Shown here piece by piece: positions 39,642 through 49,363 of a DNA stretch of 60,193 bases; position 1 is the stretch's first letter; each line of letters begins with the position of its first letter. Below the pieces are notes generated by a model. That model did not search any database, was not told where the DNA came from, and saw nothing but the letters and a program-made list of their open reading frames with translations. The position numbers and the translations under genes are program-made. This DNA is from a virus (taxonomy: Duplodnaviria > Caudoviricetes): positions 1 to 60,193 of IMG/VR virus record IMGVR_UViG_3300033148_003082; one strand, 5' to 3'.

Positions 39642-40026
39642 CAAAATCTCCAAAAAGTTGCTGGACAGGAATGGGATTATTTTCGCAGTCGCACGATTTC
39701 ATAACAAATGTCTTTCCATCCGTTAAAACGATAGGCTTTAATCCGCATCTGCCACAAGCGGGCAAATTGCTTTCTTGTTTGTAATCCTCGCTGGTGTTAT
39801 TTAGAAAAGTGTGCATGAGATTTAATAAGCTTTCATCCTCTACGTGTTTTAACAATTCGCCCACGACTTGCCGGCCCAAAGCAATCATTGAATTTGCGCG
39901 CAGTATATCTTCCTGGTTAGGAGACAAGGGTGATCCATGCCTTAGCCAGGTTTGATAATGTTTTTGGCACAATCCTCTAGCGTAATGTTTGTGATCGCAA
40001 AACCATAACTTGCATTTCTTTTTCAT
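39634..40026 (-). CDS. Zn-binding hypothetical protein
   Basis: C...C...YARGLCQKHY...RHG motif and a C-terminal CxxC. Confidence 0.5.
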   Translation of the reverse strand: MKKKCKLWFCDHKHYARGLCQKHYQTWLRHGSPLSPNQEDILRANSMIALGRQVVGELLKHVEDESLLNLMHTFLNNTSEDYKQESNLPACGRCGLKPIVLTDGKTFVMKSCDCENNPIPVQQLFGDFDE

Positions 40027-40240
40027 AATCGTTTTTCCTTTCTTGCTTGTTGTTTCTTTTCCAAATAAACCATAAAGTAATTGCAAGCACACTGCTTGGA
40101 ATCTTTGCCAAAAGTTGTTCCCAGTCTTATTTGTCTTTCGTGACAAGACAGAGTGTGTCCGTTAATAAATTCTTGTTTCCCGATTTTTTTATAAACGTTT
40201 TTGTCAGCCACTGGTTTCTCCTTTTCTAAGCATTTGCAAA

Positions 40241-41386
40241 CTAGCCCTTGATTACACCTAGTGGGGTTAATTTTACTTTTATCTTTACTAAATCCTTCTG
40301 GTTTTCCATTACTTCGTCAATGTCTTTATAAGCACCAGGAGCTTCGTCAAGATCGCCAGCATTTCTCAAGCCGTGAATAATTCCTTTCATTTTCCCTTGC
40401 TCTTGTTCAAGGTTTAATTCTCGTTTGGCTTGCTTTCTTCCCATTTTGCGACCTGCACCATGAGAACAAGACATAAAACTTTCTGGATTTCCTAATCCTT
40501 CAACAATATAACTACTTGTTCCCATTGAGCCGGGGATTATTCCCTCAAGTCCTACCGTTGCCTTCGTTGCCCCTTTGCGATGAATCAGTACATTGTTTTT
40601 GTAGTGATGCTCAAAGGCTGCATAGTTGTGATGAATATTTACGGTATGCGCATCTTCTGCCCCCGTTATCTTGTTAATAATCGCCAATGATTTACTCATC
40701 ATTAGTGACCGGCTTGCTTCTGCAAAACGGAGACAATAATTCATAGCTTCGTAATATTCTTTTCCTTCAGGTGTTTCCATTGGAAGAAAAGACAAGTCCT
40801 TGTTTGGAATATCTGACAGCCATCGCTCACATAACTTCTTTGCTTTATCGTGATATTCTTTTGCTGTTTTGAAACCAAAGTTTCTTGATCCAGAATGAAT
40901 CATTAACCAAATATGCCCATCATCACCCTTCTGAATCTCAATGAAGTGATTGCCTCCCCCCAATGTGCCAAGCTGTTTCTTTGCTGATTGTAGTTCCTGT
41001 TGGATTATCTGAATATCAGGAGCATAATCAAATCCATCCCAGTCTTGCGGTTCTTTATTGTGATTAAATCCTACTGGAATAGATGTCCTAATTTGCCCCA
41101 TAATTTCTTTTATAGTTTCTGTGTCAATTTCATTTAGAGACAATTTAGACGCTATCATTCCGCACCCAATGTCCACGCCAACAGCGTTAGGTACTATTAC
41201 TCCCTGCGTTGCCATTACTCCGCCAATAGGCATGCCATATCCCTGATGACTGTCTGGCATTATAGCAATCCACTTCCAAGCAAAAGAAAGGTTTGCCAAA
41301 TCCTTTGCCTGATTTAATGCCCCCTCTTCTATATCATCAAGCCATAACTTAATCGGTAGCCGTTCTGTTGAAATTACTTTATTCAT
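40241..41386 (-). CDS. rtcB: RtcB RNA ligase
   Basis: MPDSHQGYG.PIGG, VGVDIGCG, GTLGGGNHFIE, HSGSR, HNY, HRKGA, SHGAGR and DEAPGAYK motifs. Confidence 0.97.
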   Translation of the reverse strand: MNKVISTERLPIKLWLDDIEEGALNQAKDLANLSFAWKWIAIMPDSHQGYGMPIGGVMATQGVIVPNAVGVDIGCGMIASKLSLNEIDTETIKEIMGQIRTSIPVGFNHNKEPQDWDGFDYAPDIQIIQQELQSAKKQLGTLGGGNHFIEIQKGDDGHIWLMIHSGSRNFGFKTAKEYHDKAKKLCERWLSDIPNKDLSFLPMETPEGKEYYEAMNYCLRFAEASRSLMMSKSLAIINKITGAEDAHTVNIHHNYAAFEHHYKNNVLIHRKGATKATVGLEGIIPGSMGTSSYIVEGLGNPESFMSCSHGAGRKMGRKQAKRELNLEQEQGKMKGIIHGLRNAGDLDEAPGAYKDIDEVMENQKDLVKIKVKLTPLGVIKG

Positions 41387-41399
41387 TGGCTTTCTCCTT

Positions 41400-41687
41400 T
41401 TATTTTGGAACGTCTACGTTTTTCCAGTATAGTACTTTAACAGGTAGCGGGAACCCTGGTTCCGAACACCAGCTTGCGCCATTCCAAAGCACTCCATATA
41501 TTTTATCTTTCCCATCTTGATCTCCGCGGAATGAATAAAAATCGGCATATACCAAGTCAACTACAGTGTTGACTTCTGGAAGTTCGTCTTTTACATCTAT
41601 CCAGCTTTTCTCTTTCTTTGTTATATATCCAAAAAACCAACCAGTCATAAACATGACAAGCAATGCGATTATTGTACCTGCGGTCAT
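41400..41687 (-). CDS. Membrane-anchored DUF551-like protein
   Basis: N-terminal TM segment; WIDVKDELPE...VLYW. Confidence 0.5.
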   Translation of the reverse strand: MTAGTIIALLVMFMTGWFFGYITKKEKSWIDVKDELPEVNTVVDLVYADFYSFRGDQDGKDKIYGVLWNGASWCSEPGFPLPVKVLYWKNVDVPK

Positions 41688-41791
41688 TTGTCACTCCTTC
41701 GGTCTAGCCAGTCTTTTATCTTTTTGAGATGTGCCATACATGCACCCAATTCCCAAACATCATAATTCTTCGGGTCGCCTGTTTCTTTCCA

Positions 41792-42073
41792 TCACTGTTC
41801 TATCGTCCGGATGGTAATCTTTTCGTCGGTTTCTGGTTTGTCAAACTCGACATGATTACATTTATTACAAATCATTGCACTTTGTAGCCGTCCCCATCTA
41901 ACGGCATTAGTTCTTGACATTCTACCGTTGCACATTGGGCAACCGTTCTCACCAACAAAGGAATTGAGGATTTCTTCAAGAGCGTGGAAGTCAATAAAGT
42001 TTTGTCCGATCTCGTTGCCGTACAGGTGTTTCTTGCAATCCTTAAGTATCGCATCTGCTGTCTCTTGTTTCAT
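41792..42073 (-). CDS. Zn-ribbon hypothetical protein
   Basis: CPMC...CNKC; GGAGG RBS. Confidence 0.5.
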   Translation of the reverse strand: MKQETADAILKDCKKHLYGNEIGQNFIDFHALEEILNSFVGENGCPMCNGRMSRTNAVRWGRLQSAMICNKCNHVEFDKPETDEKITIRTIEQ

Positions 42074-42333
42074 TTGTCCTCCACTTTGTTAAAAATTCCA
42101 AATTCCATCAAAAACTCAATATGACTTTTCAAGCTCGTTGCTTCAAATTGAATATCTTTATCCCAATCAACAAGTTTATTATCAGCGAATCTCAGAAAGC
42201 AATTCAAACATATTTCATCATCGCGGTATTTTTCGGGAATTGCTTGCTCCCAAATATCCGTTGGCACACAAAAACCAATAGGCATTTCATTGTGACACAG
42301 GGAGCATCTTGAACGTGTTGGTATCTTATTCAT
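42070..42333 (-). CDS. Zn-binding hypothetical protein
   Basis: CSLC...CLNC; GGAGG RBS. Confidence 0.5.
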   Translation of the reverse strand: MNKIPTRSRCSLCHNEMPIGFCVPTDIWEQAIPEKYRDDEICLNCFLRFADNKLVDWDKDIQFEATSLKSHIEFLMEFGIFNKVEDK

Positions 42334-42614
42334 TTGTCCTCCTGGTTTACTGTTACCTTGATATTGCCCATAACTGGATGAACCTGTCCGGCGATTGTGA
42401 CCTTCCTGTCATTCATTCTCTCAAGCTGTTCAGCAATCTTGTTCACGCTTCTTGTTAGTATACGGATACTGGCATCCACTGATTTACCGGCAGTGTAGGT
42501 TTCTTCAGCAATAGCAATCAGGGCGTGGGCGATAACTTGGTCTTGTATATTGTCGGGAATCCCGAAGCCTACCATCCTGCCAGCCTTGTTTTTTGCTTTT
42601 TCCAAGTGGTTCAT
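42330..42614 (-). CDS. Hypothetical protein
   Basis: GGAG RBS; AHALIAIAE motif. Confidence 0.5.
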   Translation of the reverse strand: MNHLEKAKNKAGRMVGFGIPDNIQDQVIAHALIAIAEETYTAGKSVDASIRILTRSVNKIAEQLERMNDRKVTIAGQVHPVMGNIKVTVNQEDK

Positions 42615-43013
42615 TTGTCACTCCTTATGAAGTAAAATATATAGTAAACGCAACAAATCCAGTTGCTATCGCGAAGAAGAACGGTAGCAGCCTATATAGT
42701 ATGAAACTAAGCACATTCTTTGTGCTCATAAATGTAGCAAAGAACAATAAAAAGATACAGGACATACAATTTATCCACATAATCACGTTCAGGTTTACAT
42801 TCATTTGTCACTCCTTTTGATGAGCGTCTAAAATTTCAGATAACCTTTCTTCAAATAGGTTTTCGTAAAACCAATATGGGTCGGCATGTTCCATCATTTC
42901 GTTTACTAGCGCATTGATCCATTCTTTTAATTCGTCCATTTATCACTCCTTGATTTGTTAATTATTTTCAAAAATTTACCAGTAAATCGAATTATTGGCA
43001 AATCTACAGTCAG

Positions 43014-43886
43014 CTATGACTCGATTTGTTCCTTGTACCATTCGGGAAAGCCTCTAGTTAATCCCTTGATAATTTTCTTTGATTCTTTTTTGTATAGCAT
43101 TTCCTTAATGTCCTCCCCGTGTTCCCGTTTAATGTCAATGTTCAACTCTTTCATTAGTTTGCCAATATCTTTTGGCTCGTGTTCAAGTTCTCCAGCTTCT
43201 GCTAAATGTTGTACCGCTTTCTGCCAAATCGCTTCACGGTTAAAATGCCCGACAATATATTCAATGGTGCCGGGATTTCTTTGTTTCCAATCTTTGCCGT
43301 GTTTCTCTTGAAAATCAGGATTTACGTACTTTGCCATCATTACTTTATCTCTAATATACTTGTCATAATTTTTGATGACAACTCCCTCAATTAATATACC
43401 GCCAAGAATAGAAGGTATTTGCAAAAGATTTTCTAACAAGTCAATCGTTACGCTTTTGCCTTCCCCTTCCCATAAGACGGGAGCACAATCACAACCAATT
43501 GTTTGCGCCTCGAATTGCACGTTTGTGGGGGAAAGATAATTTGTGTTTCCTGTATCAATGTCAAAAAGCACTATATAACCCGCGGGGGTGCGGTGATAAT
43601 GAAGTGTATTGTGCTTTGGTTTTGATAAAAATTCTCCCCTATATGTCCAATCCTCTTTTAGATATTTCTGAACAGATTTTAAGTGATCGACCGCAAGCTG
43701 AAAAATACCTGGGCTGTCTAGATCCAATTGCTGATTACGGGACCGAATAGATAACTCTCCGCTATATACTCCGAAAGAAATTTGGGACCCGTCAATTTTT
43801 TCGTGAATGACAACATTACCATCCAGCACATCTTGTACCAATCTGTGCCCAAACACTTTAGGACTTGAATAAGAACGAATGTTCAT
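43014..43886 (-). CDS. ATP-dependent RNA ligase (Rnl2-like)
   Basis: Motif I EKIDGS, YRGEF, LFDI, EGVVIK, AKYV. Confidence 0.82.
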   Translation of the reverse strand: MNIRSYSSPKVFGHRLVQDVLDGNVVIHEKIDGSQISFGVYSGELSIRSRNQQLDLDSPGIFQLAVDHLKSVQKYLKEDWTYRGEFLSKPKHNTLHYHRTPAGYIVLFDIDTGNTNYLSPTNVQFEAQTIGCDCAPVLWEGEGKSVTIDLLENLLQIPSILGGILIEGVVIKNYDKYIRDKVMMAKYVNPDFQEKHGKDWKQRNPGTIEYIVGHFNREAIWQKAVQHLAEAGELEHEPKDIGKLMKELNIDIKREHGEDIKEMLYKKESKKIIKGLTRGFPEWYKEQIES

Positions 43887-43897
43887 TTAATTTCCTT

Positions 43898-44242
43898 TTA
43901 CGTAATCCTAAAAGTTATATAGCTTTTAGTTTGGTCAACTATTTGTCTATATCTGGCAGAGACCATCCATTCGCCTTCGTGTTCAAAAGCATCTGCTGCT
44001 TTGTGTAATGCCCCCCACTCTCCCTCATTGAGTGATTTTGTACTAAGCCCTTCGATTTCTGTTTCAACTTGCCGAAACCATGTATATAAGATTAGGCGTC
44101 TCATACTGTCCGATCCGGCTAGTTTGTTTAGGTGTCCAATCAGGGCACCCTTTGCTCCTCGCGAAAGAGGATCCCCGTCCCATTTTGCCGCATCTCTTCG
44201 CAACCTGGTTTTTATTCTTTCAATTGTTTCTATATTTGTCAT
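43898..44242 (-). CDS. Hypothetical protein
   Basis: ORF with RBS in operon. Confidence 0.5.
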   Translation of the reverse strand: MTNIETIERIKTRLRRDAAKWDGDPLSRGAKGALIGHLNKLAGSDSMRRLILYTWFRQVETEIEGLSTKSLNEGEWGALHKAADAFEHEGEWMVSARYRQIVDQTKSYITFRIT

Positions 44243-45737
44243 TTTACATAATCCTTATGAATTTAAAAATAGGATAGAAGAAAATCGCTAAAAAAAACAG
44301 AGCTAGGGGTAAGATACAGATTAGGCTAACAAGTATTTCTATCATATAAGTCTCCTTTACTTTTTCCAAGTATACCACAAATTAGATAATACACAAGACA
44401 TAACATCAAATATTTAGGGGTATCCTCCCAATGGTGGTTGCAAATATTACATTTGTATTGTCAACGATTGCCTCTAACGTTGCGGGTGATTTTTAGGGGT
44501 ATCGGAAAAATCGCGTTATTTCTAGGGGTATCGGTATTGAGGGGTTCCGTTAAAGGTTGCTGGACACTTTTCGGGAATGGCAAAACGTTGCGACCAAGAT
44601 CCCTGATTTTAAGTTTTGCGCATGAATACCATCTCATGTTTTTTGTCATAGTTCACCCTTTTTTCCCAGGCGCGTTAAATCGGTCCTTGCCTCTGACGAG
44701 GACCAAGTTAGATCGATTTGTAAAGAAGGTCAATCCAATCCATAGCGGCTTGGGTTGAAAGTTCCTTCGTCGCTGGTAGGCCTTCGGTTATTGCTTTATC
44801 GTAGGTGTCGAATAAGGTATCCCCGTTTTTGTTCTTGACCTTCGATCTCCAGCAGTCACCTTCAACAGGGGTTGTGACAACAAGGAATTTTTTGTAAGGT
44901 TTCTGGTTGTGCATAATTACCTCCAATATAATTTGAACAAATTTTTACAGGGTATCGGTTTTTTTAGTGAAGATTATTTTTTACTGCTGCACCTCCTAGA
45001 AGTGCTTAAAGGTTGCTGGACTTTTCTACATCTTCTTGTGTCCAACTGCCTACGTATTGAGTAAGTGTAAACAGTGGTGGTGTATCTGGTACCTCTTGCG
45101 TGTCATACTCATTGCCGTTTTTGTCGGTTGCTCGGAACCACCAACCGGCCCGGTCCTTGTATTTAAACCCATGCCATACATCACCATTCTTAAATCTACC
45201 ATCTGGTGTCATTTGTTTTGTCTCCATTTGATAACCTCCTGGTATGTAAAGTTAATGGTTACTTTTTTACAAGGGCACGCCTGAATTGACGGCCCAGCAG
45301 GTCGTAAGCTTTCCTCACTTGTTCTATCTGCCCTATGGTTAGCAGCTCTTCGTTAACGTAACCAATGCTTCCATCCTGATACAGGGCCGGGTATTGACTG
45401 CACCCTTTGCTATCGGTAACTTTGACGTATAGGTGAGTTCCTGAATATAATATATCTACATTTTCACTGATGCGTATTTCCTGACTTTCCATCTGACAAC
45501 CTCCTGGTGATATGATTAATGCGGTACGCATAGGGTAAACGGACCGCAGTTATGATAACTATAATATGGATCTGAAAGACATAAACTAACTATCCCAGGT
45601 TTACACCAACTGAATGGATAGATGGATAACAATAAGCCTTTCCATAATTTGACTGTAAAATAATAATCACTCATTTGATAACCTTTACCCGTGTATAATC
45701 CCCACGGGCAGGGAATGGACTAATTGACAGGATGATC

Positions 45738-46223
45738 TTATTCTTTTTCGGTATCCGTGTGGGTTGGCAAGTGCATCGGCATAATAATGGCCATAGCATC
45801 CGATCCGGGACAGGTTACCTTAACTGGTCTATTTGCAGCAGTAAACGATAATACAACCGCTTTATTGCCGGGCATGGTTTTTAAATCAGCTAATAACTTT
45901 TTATCAATCGCGATTTTAAACACTGGCTCATCTGTGGGGATAATTATCTTGTAATCAGGGAATGTACCAGGGACCTCTTCAATTTCCTGGATCTGCGGCT
46001 TGACCGTAATAGTACTAACCGGTTTAATAACCTTATCGTCATAATCATATAAGGCGGCCGGAGTCTCAATACTGTGTATTCTAAATCCATCGCATCCAAT
46101 AGTTTTTTTGCTATCAATAAATAACCCATTGAGTATAGGCCGTGCCTGATCCTTGCTAGCTGCTATCTGACACCATTTGACCTCTTTACACTCTTCTTTA
46201 GATTCTAATTTGAAAGTATTCAT
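45738..46223 (-). CDS. Truncated DNA polymerase III beta-clamp-like protein
   Basis: ASKDQARPILNG, CDGFRIH, GTFPDYKIIIP and IIMPM motifs of clamp domains II-III; 161 aa. Confidence 0.7.
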   Translation of the reverse strand: MNTFKLESKEECKEVKWCQIAASKDQARPILNGLFIDSKKTIGCDGFRIHSIETPAALYDYDDKVIKPVSTITVKPQIQEIEEVPGTFPDYKIIIPTDEPVFKIAIDKKLLADLKTMPGNKAVVLSFTAANRPVKVTCPGSDAMAIIMPMHLPTHTDTEKE

Positions 46224-46255
46224 CGTATAATCTCCTTTAGAATATTTTTATTTAT

Positions 46256-46648
46256 TTATATTACGATAGAATCATATACTAACTTAGGCACGCCTATGCC
46301 TCGTTCGTCAAACCAGAGGGTATAATAAGTGACAGGGTTCTTAAGTTCCCTATACTCCAATTGGATCCGCTTACTGGTATGGGTTTTTACATAAGCGGAT
46401 TTATTAGTCAATCCAGCACTCTCTATATGATCCTGGAGGGTTGATACTGATCCGTTGCTCCAGCGGTATTGTTTATTCAGCTGCTTTCTTAATCTACCCT
46501 TGTTTAAATCAGAAAATTCAGCGGTGTCATATATAACCATAATAGTCTCCTCCGCGTGTAACATGCGCGGCCCGTATATAAGACTCAATTCACCATCCGT
46601 ATATTTTAGGCTTATCTGCCGTGATAGTGAAAATAAAGCCTTGACCAT
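46256..46648 (-). CDS. Hypothetical early protein
   Basis: ORF within the early cluster. Confidence 0.4.
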   Translation of the reverse strand: MVKALFSLSRQISLKYTDGELSLIYGPRMLHAEETIMVIYDTAEFSDLNKGRLRKQLNKQYRWSNGSVSTLQDHIESAGLTNKSAYVKTHTSKRIQLEYRELKNPVTYYTLWFDERGIGVPKLVYDSIVI

Positions 46649-46832
46649 CCTCTTTAACCGTAAAGGGATAACTGCCGCTATATCCCCAGTAGTCTCTTAA
46701 CTTTTCACACTCAGCCCTATCACATAACTTCCCTTTGCGACACTCTTCAAATTCAGCTTTGAGAGTATTTATTTTAGGTCCAGACTCTATCATGTAAACC
46801 TCCGATTATTTATAATGATTATTGGATCTGCC

Positions 46833-47162
46833 TTAGTCCTCTTCCTCCTCCCTCAGCTCTTCCAGGATATCATCTAATTCACCGTGAAGGTGATTGCTAA
46901 CAGCCTCATATATGTTGGCTGCAATGATATTAACGGCTGTAGGTTCACCGTCAAAGGCCGGGCCAAGTTCCGGAACCTCAGTCGCTAAGTCAAGATTGTT
47001 AGCGCCATATTGGGCAAGGTCATAATAGTAAACCGGAACGCTTCCATCTGCTACTTCTGCAATGTAGTCGTATGGGTCCTGAGTATCAAGCAAATCATAC
47101 TCAGTTTTGAGGGTATCTCTAGCTTCTTCTAACAAATCACACATTCTATAGTTGGTGTTCAT
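46833..47162 (-). CDS. ocr: Ocr-like anti-restriction DNA mimic
   Basis: YDYIAEVADGSVPVYYYDL and IIAANIYEAV align with T7 Ocr HDAIHMAADNAVPHYYADI and ILQARIYEQL (recalled); 109 aa with acidic tail EELREEEED. Confidence 0.8.
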   Translation of the reverse strand: MNTNYRMCDLLEEARDTLKTEYDLLDTQDPYDYIAEVADGSVPVYYYDLAQYGANNLDLATEVPELGPAFDGEPTAVNIIAANIYEAVSNHLHGELDDILEELREEEED

Positions 47163-48363
47163 TTTATTACCTCCGATATTCTAATAATCAATCTTTAGAT
47201 TTAATACCAGCTATCGATCTCACGCATTGCAGCCGATACGGCATAATTCGGGTGATGATAATTACCAATCAATGACAACTTCAAGGTTGGTGATTTCAGC
47301 GCCATTGAGTGCTCCTTCAACAACTTTTTCAAGGAGCGCATCAAGCCAAAGATTCTCGATCTTTTCTGAGAGTATGCCGAGTTCAACATCTGTTAAGGGG
47401 TCGATTGTACTTAGCCGTATTTTGTACTCCGCCATCAACATGTTATGCCTCCTGTATTATGATTTATTGTTTTCCTGAATCTTTAGCTTCAAAAACTCAG
47501 CATGTCTAGTAACCTTCTCAGCGTCTTTATCTTTTCCACTCTCAATATATAACTCAGCTATCCGTTCCACTACCTTATGGGTAGCTTTCAGCCTCCGATC
47601 CTCTACTACATGTGACATTGCCAATTTACTCATTTATTCAGTCTCCAATACTACACTAACAGAATATTTAATCTTCGGCATTCCTGCATAGCCTTTTTTT
47701 CACTGTCATACGTATTGATTGTTTCACCCGTAAAGTTAGTTCGAATGCCAGTGTGAGGGTTGATATCTCCGCGTCCATCACTGTGTAATGTAGTAAGGGA
47801 TAAGACATATTGCTCGTTTTCTTTATATACTCCGTAAAATTGCTTATTCATCATTTGCCTCCTATCTAATCTTGATTATGCCTTCATTATACAAAATTCA
47901 GATAGTAATAACACATAACAAATGTCACATTTTTATATGACTTTCCTCACCCATTATATTAACCCTATTAATACCCTGTAATACTCGATCTGATAACCCG
48001 CGTCCTGGATTGTTTCAGGGAACCCAGCTGTATACCCTCCCATTAGTAACATTGCCAGGCGTCTGAGTTTACAGGCTATCTGTAATTGCTGCAATTCTAT
48101 TATTTGCTTGATCTTGGATATTTGACGGGCTAGATATTCCCTCATATTGATATATTCCCTTATCTTGATTATTTGTTCAGGTGTCATTTGCTTAGTCTCC
48201 TTGTAACGGGCTTGTTTATATGTGTTTGCTTGAATTATTTTTCAAGCCGTGCTATATAGTCAAGTAAGATTAAATTTATATGGCTATTGACCCCTCGTCC
48301 TCGCGCTCTTTTTTTTGTTCTACTTTTTCAATCCCGGCCGGGGGGGGCGCCGGGCTTGGTACT

Positions 48364-48406
48364 AGAACGTTTGTTCTAATAAACCGGGCAGTAGAACGCT
48401 TGTTCT
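48364..48406. promoter_or_regulatory. Two tandem LexA (SOS) boxes
   Basis: AGAACGTTTGTTCT (48364) and AGAACGCTTGTTCT (48393) both match AGAAC-N4-GTTCT. Confidence 0.65.
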
Positions 48407-49114
48407 GCCTATGGTTGCGATAAATGTAATTATCACAAGCATTAATTTTCACAATGTCCTTTAGAATCGCCTATTGTTGCGATAATGTTATACTTCGTTG
48501 GACGGATTGTAACCATTTGACACTGATTCAAGGGTATTTGCGATAATATTTGTAATAGTGCTGCAATAATCCCGGATCTGCCTGGATAGTGTCGTTTATC
48601 AAGTATTACCCGTGCCTGCCCTGGTCGACCGCGACCGATCATAATAATAGACTTGCCTTGATCTTGATTTGTAGCACTCATGTTATCCCCTGCCCTACGC
48701 TAGACTGGCCCTGGTCAATCCTACCAACCAGATGACTAATAACCCAACTAATAGATAGGCTCCCAGCTGTGCGCTCTCTAGGCTTGGGACCTGTAATCTA
48801 GGGGCTAGCTCAGGTAGTGATAGTGCTGCGATAAACTCGTATATCTGACCCATTGTAACCTCCGATCTAGTCTGTTCTACCTGTAATGTATCATACAATT
48901 GTATTATGTCAAGCGGTTAGTAAGGGCAAATTCTAACAGATTTGTTAGGTGATACGCGGCTGATCCCAGCCTCCAGGGAGCTGATACCGGCCGGCTGCCC
49001 CCGTTTCGTGTAGGAAAATTTTTAGTATGTAACATCGCCTCCCATAAATTTTCCAAAATTCGTCAAAATTCACTCTTGCATTATGGTTATTTTGTAGTAC
49101 AATGAAGTCAGAAC

Positions 49115-49363
49115 ATGGAAAGGAGACCAATGAAAGAAAGCGTTTTATCAGAACTTCTCAGGATTGAGCATGAGTTTGACGTTAAGGTACTTTATGCTTG
49201 CGAGGCAGGAAGTAGAGCCTGGGGATTTCCTTCCATTGATAGTGATTTAGATGTTAGATTTCTTTACATAAATAGACCTGAGTGGTATTTGTCGATTGTT
49301 CAAGAACGAGACGTGATAGAAATGCCAATTTGTCATAACCTGGATATAAATTGGTGGGATTGA
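49115..49363 (+). pseudogene. Truncated RlaP/YcgL-like pol-beta nucleotidyltransferase
   Basis: LYACEAGSRAWGFPS.DSD.DVRF...RDVIE; stops at LDINWWD, about a third of the usual length. Confidence 0.75.

Noticed and set aside
37400-42820. CRISPR array or integron attC sites
   Set aside because: The repeats are degenerate, non-palindromic, overlap RBSs and are separated by whole genes; no cas or integrase gene.
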